Source: an uncultured Planctomycetia bacterium
Lineage (GTDB): Bacteria; Omnitrophota; Gorgyraeia; 2-02-FULL-51-18
Assembly (NCBI GenBank): GCA_964489945.1
Contig: CAZBAY010000003.1
Span: 1 to 33,820, forward strand
Direction: 5' to 3'
DNA: 33,820 nt
A program made the position numbers and the translations under genes. The notes beneath the pieces were generated by a model. The model ran no database searches. It was not told the origin of the DNA and saw nothing but the letters and a program-made list of their open reading frames with translations. The number at the start of each line of letters is the position of its first letter. The first letter of the stretch is position 1. Positions 7,068 through 16,142 of the stretch are shown in pieces.

Positions 7068-8090
7068 TCAGCCCCCAATACTGTGGATCATCGGATTCGA
7101 CGCGAACACCAGATCCTTGTCCTCTTCAAATTTAAACGGCTTGTCGCGGAACCAGTTTCCTCGAGGCTTCAAGCTCACCGCAAGCCGGACCGCGCGGACT
7201 ATATCCTCATCCGGCGCGTTGTCTCTTAAAAGATTTTTCACCGAAACCTGCGAATCTGAAAAGAGACACGACTGAATTTTTCCGTCCGCCGAAATACGGA
7301 TCCGCGAGCACTGATCGCAAAAGGATTCCGTAAGTGAGGCGATGAAACCCACTTTTCCCTTCCCGCCTCGGATCTTAAAGGTCTGCGCCGGCTTATCCAA
7401 GCGCGGCTCGTCGTCTTCGATCAGATCAAAGTTTTCCATGACAATAGCCCGAACTTTTTCGATCGGCCATACAAGGTCCGGCCTCCAACCCGTGCCGCAT
7501 AGAGGCATAAACTCCAAAAATCTCACGTCGAGCGGATACTCGAAGGCCATTCGAACGTAATCCAGGATATCCTTCGCGGTAATTCCCCTTAAAACCACCA
7601 TGTTGAGCTTCACGGGGAAGCCCGCCTCGAGCGCCTCAAAAACGGAGCCAAGGACCTTGGCGTAGGTATCACTTAGTGTGATCTCCTCAAAACGTTTGGG
7701 ATCCAAGCTATCGAGACTGATATTGATCCTATCGAGGCCGGCCTCTTTTAAATCATGAACCATCGGCCCCAAACGGCTCCCATTGGTCGTGATCGAAAGG
7801 TCCTTCACGGTTTCGACACCTTTAAGCGCGCGAACAATATCTAAAATATCTTGGCGTAAAAGAGGCTCTCCGCCCGTGAGGCGGATCCGGTGAACGCCCA
7901 GGCTGCCCATAATTTTTACGAAACGGCCAATTTCTTGTTTTGTAAGGTACGAAGAAGGGGGGATAAGCATGGGCAGACCCTCGGGCGGCATGCAATAAAC
8001 ACACCGGAAATTGCAAAGGTCTGTCAGAGAAATTCTTAAATTAGAAACCCGCCGCCCCCAAGGGTCAGCGAGAATATTCTCCTGTGCCAC
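7068..8090 (-). CDS. moaA: GTP 3',8-cyclase (radical SAM)
   Basis: [10 protein letters not shown] radical-SAM cluster motif, ..[10 protein letters not shown].., a C-terminal second cluster [14 protein letters not shown], and terminal GG. Confidence 0.9.
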   Translation of the reverse strand: MAQENILADPWGRRVSNLRISLTDLCNFRCVYCMPPEGLPMLIPPSSYLTKQEIGRFVKIMGSLGVHRIRLTGGEPLLRQDILDIVRALKGVETVKDLSITTNGSRLGPMVHDLKEAGLDRINISLDSLDPKRFEEITLSDTYAKVLGSVFEALEAGFPVKLNMVVLRGITAKDILDYVRMAFEYPLDVRFLEFMPLCGTGWRPDLVWPIEKVRAIVMENFDLIEDDEPRLDKPAQTFKIRGGKGKVGFIASLTESFCDQCSRIRISADGKIQSCLFSDSQVSVKNLLRDNAPDEDIVRAVRLAVSLKPRGNWFRDKPFKFEEDKDLVFASNPMIHSIGG

Positions 8091-9123
8091 TTATCCGCTC
8101 CTTGATGAGACTCTTTACCAAATTTATGACCATCCCTATAAAAATGACAAGCCATGCTGCCAAAGCGACATAAATAAAAAAACGAGGTATCAAAAGTAAG
8201 AATTGCACATTTATCACTTGAGCCAGTCGAAACGTGCACACCGTGTACATTCCTAAAGGAAATACCATCGCCCAGTATTGGGGGTCATAGGAAAATGGAA
8301 ATTTTTTATAGAAATGACGCCAAATGCCCAAAGCTATGAGAACAGGGATCCATAAAGTCCCCACTGCCCAAAAAAATACAATGGAACCTTTAAGGAAAAT
8401 CCAAAATCCTTCCGTAAGGATCCCCGGCTGCGCGTTGAGAATGAGCGTGGCGCCCGCCAATGTCGTGATCGCCGCGGCACCCATCGTGATCCAATAAGAC
8501 GGCTTCACGGTTTCGGGTTCAAGATTTAATAAAAGGAGGCGATAAGAAATGAGCGTGATTAAAAAAAGATACAGCACCGCTCCTAACAAATACAATCCAA
8601 GGGACAAAAAAAGAAGCCCCGAAAACTCTTTTTGAAGCTCAGAAGAGAGAAGCGCGCCTAGAATTGAGAGAGACTGCGTACTCACGACCAACAAAAGCCA
8701 CCCCCCGTGGATGCTTTTTTCGAACCGCAATTTGATCTGCCAAAATGTTGCCGCGGTGAAAAACGCGCAGAGGATGATCCCCCAAAGCAGGATCCCAAGG
8801 ATCCACAAAAAAAGGGCCTTTGGAAAATCGGCGTTAAACACGAAATATTGAACCCCCAGAACACAGGAGCCGGCGACCAGCGTGAGAAAGCCTGGGCCCC
8901 GCATCGGATCCGCGAGATCCTGCAACACACGAGGAAAGTAGCCTACGAGACGGGCCAGCGTCAGTACCCAAAGAAGCACATAAGCGACTTGGTTTACTCC
9001 AAAAAGTACCCAAGCGATATTTCGCATCTCCAAAAGATAAGCGGCGATGGAAACAATCCCCGTTGCCATCACGAGCGCGAAATAACCGGGAAACAAATTC
9101 TCGATCTCTGATTTTAATTTCAT
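8065..9123 (-). CDS. TDT (TehA/SLAC1/Mae1/Ssu1) family anion transporter
   Basis: About 10 TM helices. The N-terminal signature [15 protein letters not shown] resembles TehA (PAGYFGIVLGT). I chose the ATG at 9123 because it forms an ATGA overlap with the nitrate reductase stop. The 3' end overlaps moaA by 26 nt. Confidence 0.72.
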   Translation of the reverse strand: MKLKSEIENLFPGYFALVMATGIVSIAAYLLEMRNIAWVLFGVNQVAYVLLWVLTLARLVGYFPRVLQDLADPMRGPGFLTLVAGSCVLGVQYFVFNADFPKALFLWILGILLWGIILCAFFTAATFWQIKLRFEKSIHGGWLLLVVSTQSLSILGALLSSELQKEFSGLLFLSLGLYLLGAVLYLFLITLISYRLLLLNLEPETVKPSYWITMGAAAITTLAGATLILNAQPGILTEGFWIFLKGSIVFFWAVGTLWIPVLIALGIWRHFYKKFPFSYDPQYWAMVFPLGMYTVCTFRLAQVINVQFLLLIPRFFIYVALAAWLVIFIGMVINLVKSLIKERISGTGEYSR

Positions 9124-11381
9124 TTCCTCAACTCCGCCTCGGTCGCGGCCGGCCATTCCTTTTTCGGGCGCTTCAAGAGCGGCACCTCCGAGCGCCCCAC
9201 CCGCACCGCGGCCTGTTTGTAGTTGGGTTCCCTTGAAAAGGGGTCGCAGTCGCTTACCGTAAGATTATTCGCGTTGGCTTCCGCGTAGTGAAACGGAATA
9301 AAAATCTGACCCGGAGGGATCGTCTCCGTCACACGCAGGACGACGCGCTCGATCGAGCCGCGGCGTGACTCCACACGTACATAATCGCCGTGATAAAGCT
9401 TAAGCTGCTTGGCATCGCGCGGATTCATTTCGACCCACGCTTCGGGAGACAGACGATTTAAAAGCGGGATCTGCCCTGTTTTTGTCCGTGTGTGCCAGTG
9501 CTCAACGGTGCGGCCGGTATTGAGCATAAAGGGATAGTCCTCATCCGGACTCTCCGGCGGCGCGTTATTCTCAACCACCCAAAGTTTCGCTCGTCCGTCT
9601 TCGGTTTGAAACACCCCGTCGGCGTAAAGCCGCGCGTTTTCCTCCGGATTACGAGGAGAATCCACCGAGAAGGGCCACTGGATTCCTCCGTGTTTTTCCA
9701 GCAATTCATACGTGAGACCTGAGTAGTCGCAGAGCCGCCCGCGCGATATTTTTTTCCACTCCTCGAAAGCGTCTTTCGGTTCCTTCCAACCCGGATAAAT
9801 TTGATCTGTGACGCCCAATTCTTTCGCGAGCATCAGGAAAATATCAAAATCAGACTTTGCTTCGCCCGGCGGCTCGACGGCCTTGTTGACTTTACTCACC
9901 GTTCGTTCGGAGTTGGTGTAGGTCCCCTCTTTTTCACCCCAGACCGCCGCCGGGAGTACGAGGTCCGCGACCTGGCTCGTGGGAATCGGGTGATAGCCAT
10001 CCTGCACCACCAGAAAATCGAGCCGGTCGAGGCAATCCAAAAGGAATTTTTGATTCGGGAATGAAACCAATGGGTTTGTCGCGATGATCCACAGGCCCTT
10101 AATGGTTCCGCGCAGTACCCCTTCAATAATATCGGGATACGCCAAACCGCGCGCCGTGGGGATCATCTCCTCTTTAACCCCCCAGAGCATGGCCAGCTCC
10201 TTCCGATGGGACGGGTCTTCATACTTCCGGTAGCCCGGCAGCGACGCGGTGAAGCCCGTCTCGCGCGTGCCCATCGCGTTGCACTGACCCGTGATGGAAA
10301 AAGGAGACGCCCCCACCTTCCCCACATTACCCGTGATGAGGGCCAGGTTACAAATCGCGTTCACCGTCTCGGTGCCTTGCGTGCTGTGATTGACACCCAT
10401 CGTCCATCCAATAAAAGGCGCTTTGGCATGGCCATACAAAAGGGCGGTATGCCGCACTTGGTCTACTGAAAGACCTGTTATCTCACTGACCTTCTCCGGC
10501 GTAAATTTTTCAACGTGTTTCTTAAGGTCCTCAAAACCGTTCGTGTGTTTTTGGATGTAATCCTTGTCGATTTTGTTTTCCTTGATCAAAACGTGCATCA
10601 TGCCATTCAAAAGCGCGATATCTGTTCGCGACTTTAAAGGCAGATAAACATCCGCCATCATCGCCGTTTTGGTGACGCGGGGGTCGGCGACGATGAGAAT
10701 TCTTTTTTGGTTCTTCTCAAGCCGATAACACAAAATCGGGTGATTGTCCGCGATGTTGGCGCCTATCAAAAAAACAAGATCCGCTTTTTCAAGATCTTCG
10801 TAAGAGCCCGGCGGCCCATCGCTTCCAAAGGATCGTTTATAGCCGGCTACGGCACTCGCCATGCAAAGGGTCGTGTTCCCATCGAAATGTTTAATTCCAA
10901 ATCCGAGCCGCGCAAGCTTGCCAAGCGTGTAAAACTCCTCCGTCACAAGCTGGCCCGTACTGATAACGCCAACCGCCTCCGGCCCATACTGGTTCTGGAT
11001 GGTTTGAAAACGGCCCACCATCTCACGGATCGCCCAATTCCAATCAATGCGGCGAAATTTGCCATTCACTTTTAAAAGGGGGTATTTCGCGCGGTTGGGC
11101 GCGGTGATCGCGTAGTGTTCGGAAAGCCCTTTGGGACAAAGTCTCCCCTCGTTCACAGGATGGTTGGGATTGCCGCGGACACTCACGGGTTTCCCCTTTT
11201 TTTCTCCGATAAACATGCCGCAACCGACGGAGCAGTAGCCGCAGGTCGTCGGGACCCAGCGATCGGGAATTTTGGCCTTCGACATGTAGCCAAACTGCTC
11301 ATCGACACCGTAGGCGTATTTCCCCATCTCGATATCGATGCCGAGCTGATGTTTAATTGCCTTAAAAAAATCTTTTTTCAT
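9120..11381 (-). CDS. nasA: NasA/NarB-type molybdopterin (bis-MGD) nitrate reductase catalytic subunit, no Tat signal
   Basis: N-terminal 4Fe-4S motif [12 protein letters not shown]...[12 protein letters not shown] and a full-length molybdopterin oxidoreductase architecture. I chose the ATG at 11381, which follows AAGGA and lies 7 nt after the upstream stop. No RR motif is present. Confidence 0.85.
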   Translation of the reverse strand: MKKDFFKAIKHQLGIDIEMGKYAYGVDEQFGYMSKAKIPDRWVPTTCGYCSVGCGMFIGEKKGKPVSVRGNPNHPVNEGRLCPKGLSEHYAITAPNRAKYPLLKVNGKFRRIDWNWAIREMVGRFQTIQNQYGPEAVGVISTGQLVTEEFYTLGKLARLGFGIKHFDGNTTLCMASAVAGYKRSFGSDGPPGSYEDLEKADLVFLIGANIADNHPILCYRLEKNQKRILIVADPRVTKTAMMADVYLPLKSRTDIALLNGMMHVLIKENKIDKDYIQKHTNGFEDLKKHVEKFTPEKVSEITGLSVDQVRHTALLYGHAKAPFIGWTMGVNHSTQGTETVNAICNLALITGNVGKVGASPFSITGQCNAMGTRETGFTASLPGYRKYEDPSHRKELAMLWGVKEEMIPTARGLAYPDIIEGVLRGTIKGLWIIATNPLVSFPNQKFLLDCLDRLDFLVVQDGYHPIPTSQVADLVLPAAVWGEKEGTYTNSERTVSKVNKAVEPPGEAKSDFDIFLMLAKELGVTDQIYPGWKEPKDAFEEWKKISRGRLCDYSGLTYELLEKHGGIQWPFSVDSPRNPEENARLYADGVFQTEDGRAKLWVVENNAPPESPDEDYPFMLNTGRTVEHWHTRTKTGQIPLLNRLSPEAWVEMNPRDAKQLKLYHGDYVRVESRRGSIERVVLRVTETIPPGQIFIPFHYAEANANNLTVSDCDPFSREPNYKQAAVRVGRSEVPLLKRPKKEWPAATEAELRK

Positions 11382-11388
11382 ACAATCC

Positions 11389-13050
11389 TTATTTGGTGCT
11401 AAAAAATCCACCCGGCATATTTTTCGGCACAATCGTCACAAAGAAAAGGTAACGCCCCAGTCCCTCGCCTAAAAGGGAAATAACAAAAGAAACCGCCGAA
11501 AGAGTCAGCAAATCCGTGCCGGAGGCTTTCCCGTGAACGGCGAAATAGAAAAGATAGATAAGAGGCAGAATAAAGCTCCCAAGCGTAAGAAGTCCAATGC
11601 GCACGAGAAAATGGTATCTGAAACGCCGTGTGAGTAAAATCGCGGAATCGTAGAGCTCAATATCCCTGTCCCTATCGAGATAAAAAAGCCTCGCGAAGAG
11701 CACCAAAAGCTGCATGAAAGCCGCCCCGCTTGAAACAGCGAGAAATCCAAAAATAGGGCCGCAATCAGCGAACGAAATGGGGCCCTGCATGCGACTCATG
11801 ATATAAATCGAATAGACAACAAAACTAAAGAGAGGCCCCAGGATAAACCCGGTCAAAAAGAAGCGTAGAGGCGTTCGGATCGTGTTCCACGCGGGCCGCG
11901 CCGGGACCATGTAGATCTTGGCGCTGGCGTAAACTCCCGCGACGCCTAGGAAGGCCACAGTCCCGCCAAAGGTAAACCGCGCCGCCACAGGAACCGAGAA
12001 ATTCAGGTAGTGGGACGCTAAGAGCAGGGCCGCATAAGAAGCTCCGAAGACGGAAAAAAGCGTAAAAAATAGGACCTCCCGACTGAGCCAGGAACGCTTC
12101 CACATCCTCAAAGCCTTATAAGCATGGAGAGGGCGCCCAAGATGAAACACGGAAGCCCCTAACGCAATGCCGGTTACCGCCAACATCCCAAACGCGCCAA
12201 AAGCCAAAAAATTTTGTAGGGGTTTTAAAAAATCAAAAATATAAGAAAAAAGATCCCCAAAACCAATGGTCACAAACCCTCCGGCAGCTAGCTGCGTCAA
12301 AACCGTCATGAAAATAAGAGACATGTGGGAATGCTCAGGCACAACCTTGTGGCGGTTTAATCGGAGCATCTCCTCAGGCATGTCTTTGGGAAGTGTGATG
12401 CGCGTCGTGGAAACTGTGATCCCGGAATCCGGCATTCCCGGCGCGTCCGCCTGGGCATGATTCCCGCGCCATTCGGTCCTATCTACTTTTTCGATCAAGA
12501 TCGCTTCCTCAGGACAGGCGGCTACGCAAGCCGGAGCCATCCCGTCCGCTATTCGGACATGACACATATCGCACTTAGTCACAATATTCCGCTCAGGGTT
12601 AAACTGCGGGACGCCGTACGGGCAATTCCAAGTACAGTACTGACAGCCAATGCACTCTTCGGCCTTGTGCTTCACAACGCCGGTCTTTTCATCTTTTTCA
12701 TAGGCATCCGTAGGGCACCCTGTGAGACACGAAGGATCCAGGCAGTGATTGCAAGCCATGGAAAGATGAAAACGCTTTGTATCGGGATAAACACCTCCCT
12801 CGATTTCCCCTACACGGCGCCAGGTAACGCTCGCGGGATTATTGTTTTGTTCATTACAGGCCACGACACAGCACTGACAGCCCACACAACGATCCATCCG
12901 AAAATGAAAACGGTACTGCTCGCCTTCTTTGAGAGGTTCTGAGGGAATAAGAGCGGGAGTGTAGCGGCCTTCCTTATTCACCCTGTTTTTCAGGGGAAGG
13001 CCGTAGGCGTCCATCACATCGATAAGGGAGATTTCCTCTGGCGGGGTCAT
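11389..13050 (-). CDS. fusion protein: four-[4Fe-4S] DmsB/NrfC-type ferredoxin domain + DmsC-like 8-TM membrane anchor
   Basis: Four Cys clusters are present: CVGCQCCVVAC, CNHCLDPSCLTGCP, CIGCQYCTWNCP, CDMCH...CVAACP. About eight hydrophobic helices follow. There is no signal or Tat peptide. It forms an ATGA overlap with the nirD stop. Confidence 0.8.
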   Translation of the reverse strand: MTPPEEISLIDVMDAYGLPLKNRVNKEGRYTPALIPSEPLKEGEQYRFHFRMDRCVGCQCCVVACNEQNNNPASVTWRRVGEIEGGVYPDTKRFHLSMACNHCLDPSCLTGCPTDAYEKDEKTGVVKHKAEECIGCQYCTWNCPYGVPQFNPERNIVTKCDMCHVRIADGMAPACVAACPEEAILIEKVDRTEWRGNHAQADAPGMPDSGITVSTTRITLPKDMPEEMLRLNRHKVVPEHSHMSLIFMTVLTQLAAGGFVTIGFGDLFSYIFDFLKPLQNFLAFGAFGMLAVTGIALGASVFHLGRPLHAYKALRMWKRSWLSREVLFFTLFSVFGASYAALLLASHYLNFSVPVAARFTFGGTVAFLGVAGVYASAKIYMVPARPAWNTIRTPLRFFLTGFILGPLFSFVVYSIYIMSRMQGPISFADCGPIFGFLAVSSGAAFMQLLVLFARLFYLDRDRDIELYDSAILLTRRFRYHFLVRIGLLTLGSFILPLIYLFYFAVHGKASGTDLLTLSAVSFVISLLGEGLGRYLFFVTIVPKNMPGGFFSTK

Positions 13051-13442
13051 TGATTTGCCATCTTCATATTATCTTCCGCGTTCACAGTGACCTCGGGCGC
13101 GCTTTCTTCCGGGTCGTTCAATTTTCCGTTGTTAAAGGCGACATAAATATCTTTTCCGACAGCCTTGACCGGATACGTTTTCACTTGGCCAGGACCGTAG
13201 GTCATGGCGCAACCGGTTTTCAAACTGATCTTCCAGTTGTGAAGGGGACAAAAAACAGCCTTGCCGGCGATGATACCGTCGGCAAGAGGGCCCTGCTTAT
13301 GGGGACAATGGCCGTCGAGGACCGAGAACTCCCCGTTCCCTAAATTAAAAAGGGCAAATTCCTGGCTCTGGAAGTAAACCCTTCTTCCCTCCTGCACGGG
13401 GATCGCGTCTATCTTCGCGACTTTGAACCACTTGGTTGGCAT
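13047..13442 (-). CDS. nirD: nitrite reductase small subunit (Rieske-like)
   Basis: CPHKQGPL...CPLHNWK Rieske-type motif. I chose the ATG at 13442, preceded by AAGGA and a 5-nt spacer. An alternative ATG at 13469 lies in the loop of an upstream hairpin. Confidence 0.85.
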   Translation of the reverse strand: MPTKWFKVAKIDAIPVQEGRRVYFQSQEFALFNLGNGEFSVLDGHCPHKQGPLADGIIAGKAVFCPLHNWKISLKTGCAMTYGPGQVKTYPVKAVGKDIYVAFNNGKLNDPEESAPEVTVNAEDNMKMANQ

Positions 13443-13458
13443 TTTTTTCCTTGTGTAA

Positions 13459-13479
13459 GGGCGACCCATCGGGTCGCCC
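13459..13479 (-). other. GC-rich 9-bp hairpin in the nirB-nirD intercistronic spacer
   Basis: GGGCGACCC (13459-13467), a 3-nt loop, then GGGTCGCCC (13471-13479). The pairing is perfect. Confidence 0.7.
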
Positions 13480-13488
13480 CTACGTTGA

Positions 13489-15921
13489 TTAATCCAAAAT
13501 CAACGCTTCGATTTCTTTTGGTAATACAAGATCGTTAAACTGAACCGGGTGAACCGGCTTCTTGGACTCCACCGCCCAAGGCTCCTGAGCGCGCTCCTTC
13601 GATTTTTTGAGCCGCTCAAGCAGTCCCATTTTCACTTCGTCCGAAGCGAGAATGGTTTCTCGCCGGATCGTCTCAAGCCCCAGACGCGGCACAAAATCAT
13701 AGGTCCTTTCCAGATATTCGCCGTTTTCACGATAATACTGGAAAAAAAGCGCCGCCGCTTCAAGCGCCTCTTCCGTCGTCTTCACCGTACATAAAATATC
13801 CGCCGCCCTCACGGATTTTCCCGCCGAGCCGCCGATCACGACCTGCCACCCGCCCTCGATCCCAACGAGGCCGATGTCTTTCACCGTCGCCTCGGCGCAG
13901 TTCCGCGGGCAACCGACACAACCCATTTTCACTTTTGCCGGCGTATAGAGATTTTCGAACATCCGTTCAAGCTCGATGCCGGTCTCGATAGAGTTCTGGG
14001 TGCCGAAACGGCAGAAATCCGTGCCGACGCAGCTTTTCACCATGCGCACGGCCTTCGCGTACGCGTGCCCAGAGGGCATGCCCAGCTCCGCCCAGATCTT
14101 GGGAAGGTCCTCTTTTTTGACCCCGAGGAGATCGAGCCGCTGGCTTCCCGTGACCTTCACCATCGGGACCTTGTATTTTTCCGCGACATCCGCGATCTTC
14201 CGGAGCTCCGCCGGCGAAGTGACCCCTCCGCGCATGCGCGGCACCACCGAAAAAGTGCCGTCCTTTTGGATATTCGCGTGCACGCGGTCATTGATGTAAC
14301 GCTTGGAACGGTCCTCCACATGATCGCCGAGCCACACTTCGTCCACCAGGAAACTCAAGGCCGGTTTGCAGGAGGAACAGCCCGTGCCGTTGCCGTAAAT
14401 GTCGAGAACGTCCTGAACTTTCCGGATCTCCTGCGAGCGGATGATGCCTCGAAGCTGGCTTTTGGCGAACGGCACGCAGGCGCAGAGAACGTCTTTCTTT
14501 TCCTCCTGGAATTCCGTGCCGCAAACCGCCTTGAGAATGCCTTCCACGAGCCCGCTGCAGGTTCCGCAGCCTGTCGACGCGCGCGTGCACTTCTTGACAT
14601 CGGAAAGCGTCTTTAAAGCTTTGTCTTTGATCGCGCCGACGATCGCGCCTTTTGAAACGCCGATACAGCCGCAGATGGTTTCCGAATCGGGCAGGGCCAT
14701 GACGTCCTTCGCGGAGCCGGTGACGTCCGGAGCTTCCTCAAACAAAAGGTTTTTTCTTTTGTCGCCTATCCTTTCCTCTTTCCGGATCATTTCAAGGAAT
14801 CGATTCGCGTCTCGGGCGTCTCCGATAAGAATACAGCCGACGATCTGTCCCTTCTGGACCACAAGCTTTTTGTACACGCCAAAGGCGTGGTCCTCATAGG
14901 CGACTCTCTCCTTGCCCTCCCCTTCATCCTTAAAGTCGCCCGCCGAGAATAGCTCAATCCCCATCACCTTGAGCTTTGTCGCGAGTGTCGAGCCCTTGTA
15001 TTCCGGGCCTTTGTTCCCCGTGATCGTCGCGGCCAGCACCTTCCCCTGATCATAAAGAGGCGCCACAAGACCGTAAACTTTTTCGCGGTGCTCCACGCAT
15101 TCGCCGATGGCGAAAATATCGGGGTCGCTTGTTTCCATGTGGTCATTCACCACAATGCCACGATTCACTTTGAGGCCCGCTTTTTTACCAAGCTCCACGT
15201 TAGGCCGGATCCCGCAGGCGATGACCACCATGTCCGCCTCAACGATCGAGCCGTCCTTGAACATCAGGCCCTCCACCCGGCCGTTTCCCATGAATTTCGT
15301 CGTGCTTTTGCTCAAAAGCACTTCGATGCCCATCTTCTCGATCTCTTTTTTCAAAAACTCGCCCCCGACGGGATCAAGCTGGACGTCCATGAGCCGGTCC
15401 ATGAGATGCACCACGGAGACCCTCACGCCCTGGTTGGCGATGCCGCGCGCGGCTTCCAGTCCCAAAAGCCCGCCGCCGATCACTACGGCTTTTTTAGATG
15501 TTTTGCAGAATTTCAGGATGTTGTTCGTGTCCGCCATGTTGCGAAAGGTGAACACGCCTTCTTTATTCACGCCTTCGATGGGAGGGATAAAGGGGTTGCT
15601 GCCCGTGGCCAAAAGGAGAAGATCATATTCGTGGACCATGCCGTCTGCGGTCGTGACGGTTTTATTTTTCGCGTCGACTTCAGCCGCCTTTGCCCCGAGA
15701 CAAAGGGTGATGTTGTTCTTCTCGTACCATTCCTGGGAATTGATATAAATATCATCGACCGACTTCTCGCCGGCAAGCACGGAGGACAAAAGGATCCGGT
15801 TATAATTGTAGTAGGCCTCTTCGCTCAGGACCGTGATCTGGAAATCCGGTTTTTGCTTCAGAATTTCGTCGACGCAGGCCATGCCGGCCATGCCGTTTCC
15901 CACTACAAGAAGTTTTTTCAC
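13489..15921 (-). CDS. nirB: NAD(P)H-dependent nitrite reductase large subunit (siroheme/[4Fe-4S])
   Basis: 810 aa. It has an N-terminal FAD/NAD fold (LLVVGNGMAGMA), BFD-like 2Fe-2S motifs (CGCIGVSKG.., CTRASTGCGTC) and a siroheme/FeS motif (SCVGTDFCRFG..CVGCPRNC). The start is GTG 15921, 8 nt after GGGAG. Confidence 0.92.
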   Translation of the reverse strand: MKKLLVVGNGMAGMACVDEILKQKPDFQITVLSEEAYYNYNRILLSSVLAGEKSVDDIYINSQEWYEKNNITLCLGAKAAEVDAKNKTVTTADGMVHEYDLLLLATGSNPFIPPIEGVNKEGVFTFRNMADTNNILKFCKTSKKAVVIGGGLLGLEAARGIANQGVRVSVVHLMDRLMDVQLDPVGGEFLKKEIEKMGIEVLLSKSTTKFMGNGRVEGLMFKDGSIVEADMVVIACGIRPNVELGKKAGLKVNRGIVVNDHMETSDPDIFAIGECVEHREKVYGLVAPLYDQGKVLAATITGNKGPEYKGSTLATKLKVMGIELFSAGDFKDEGEGKERVAYEDHAFGVYKKLVVQKGQIVGCILIGDARDANRFLEMIRKEERIGDKRKNLLFEEAPDVTGSAKDVMALPDSETICGCIGVSKGAIVGAIKDKALKTLSDVKKCTRASTGCGTCSGLVEGILKAVCGTEFQEEKKDVLCACVPFAKSQLRGIIRSQEIRKVQDVLDIYGNGTGCSSCKPALSFLVDEVWLGDHVEDRSKRYINDRVHANIQKDGTFSVVPRMRGGVTSPAELRKIADVAEKYKVPMVKVTGSQRLDLLGVKKEDLPKIWAELGMPSGHAYAKAVRMVKSCVGTDFCRFGTQNSIETGIELERMFENLYTPAKVKMGCVGCPRNCAEATVKDIGLVGIEGGWQVVIGGSAGKSVRAADILCTVKTTEEALEAAALFFQYYRENGEYLERTYDFVPRLGLETIRRETILASDEVKMGLLERLKKSKERAQEPWAVESKKPVHPVQFNDLVLPKEIEALILD

Positions 15922-15948
15922 TTTGAATACTCCCTTTACTAACGCCGC

Positions 15949-16001
15949 AAAAAAACATCCTTACGTTCACGGGCATGCTTTACCCGCTTACGGTAAGGAC
16001 G
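15949..16001 (-). terminator. intrinsic-terminator-like hairpin + U7 tract inside the nirB leader (candidate attenuator)
   Basis: On the minus strand, CGUCCUUAC (16001-15993) pairs with GUAAGGAUG (15964-15956), 9 bp including one G.U. The 28-nt interior contains its own CGGGU../..GCCCG helix. UUUUUUU (15955-15949) follows immediately, and the element ends 27 nt before the nirB GTG. Confidence 0.5.
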
Positions 16002-16142
16002 CCTTTATTCCTAATTATTTTTCCAGCTCGCCCAAACTTTTCTTGCCGACAAGCGCCCGGCTGATCTGAAAAAGAACCTCTAACTGTTTCTTCTCTTGCG
16101 TCCCTGAATCCCGTGTGATGACACTAATTTACGGGCGCGTGT

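Noticed and set aside
8065-8200. Looked for a Moco riboswitch (moaA motif) upstream of moaA.
   Set aside because: moaA has no upstream non-coding region, because the TDT transporter gene overlaps its start by 26 nt. I also found none of the Moco motif core elements I remember in the nirB leader (15922-16250).
9120-11432. Possible Tat signal or in-frame selenocysteine (TGA) in the molybdopterin oxidoreductase, which would suggest periplasmic Nap or formate dehydrogenase.
   Set aside because: No RR motif or hydrophobic h-region is present in either candidate N-terminus. The ORF is uninterrupted, the cysteine motif and [12 protein letters not shown] fit Nas/Nap-type nitrate reductases, and nirBD is adjacent.
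15088-15942. Long plus-strand ORFs antisense to nirB (284 and 213 aa). Similar antisense or off-frame ORFs lie inside moeA (4196-4828), the GT4 (21701-22405), the sulfotransferase (23007-23621), the Sulfotransfer_2 paralog A and Wzt 3' end (26253-26888), the NPP-like gene (30650-31492) and the YfhO-like gene (32317-33096 on plus, 32801-33559 on minus).
   Set aside because: Every one lies opposite or out of frame to an ORF with clear family motifs. Their translations are Arg/Pro/Gly/His-rich with no recognisable domains. These are typical shadow ORFs of GC-rich coding DNA.
15922-16142. Canonical ANTAR (NasT/NasR-type) target: two tandem short hairpins with A-x-x-G-x-x hexaloops overlapping the terminator.
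   Set aside because: I could not find a convincing pair of hexaloop hairpins by eye. I kept only the terminator-like hairpin as a finding and left the mechanism open.
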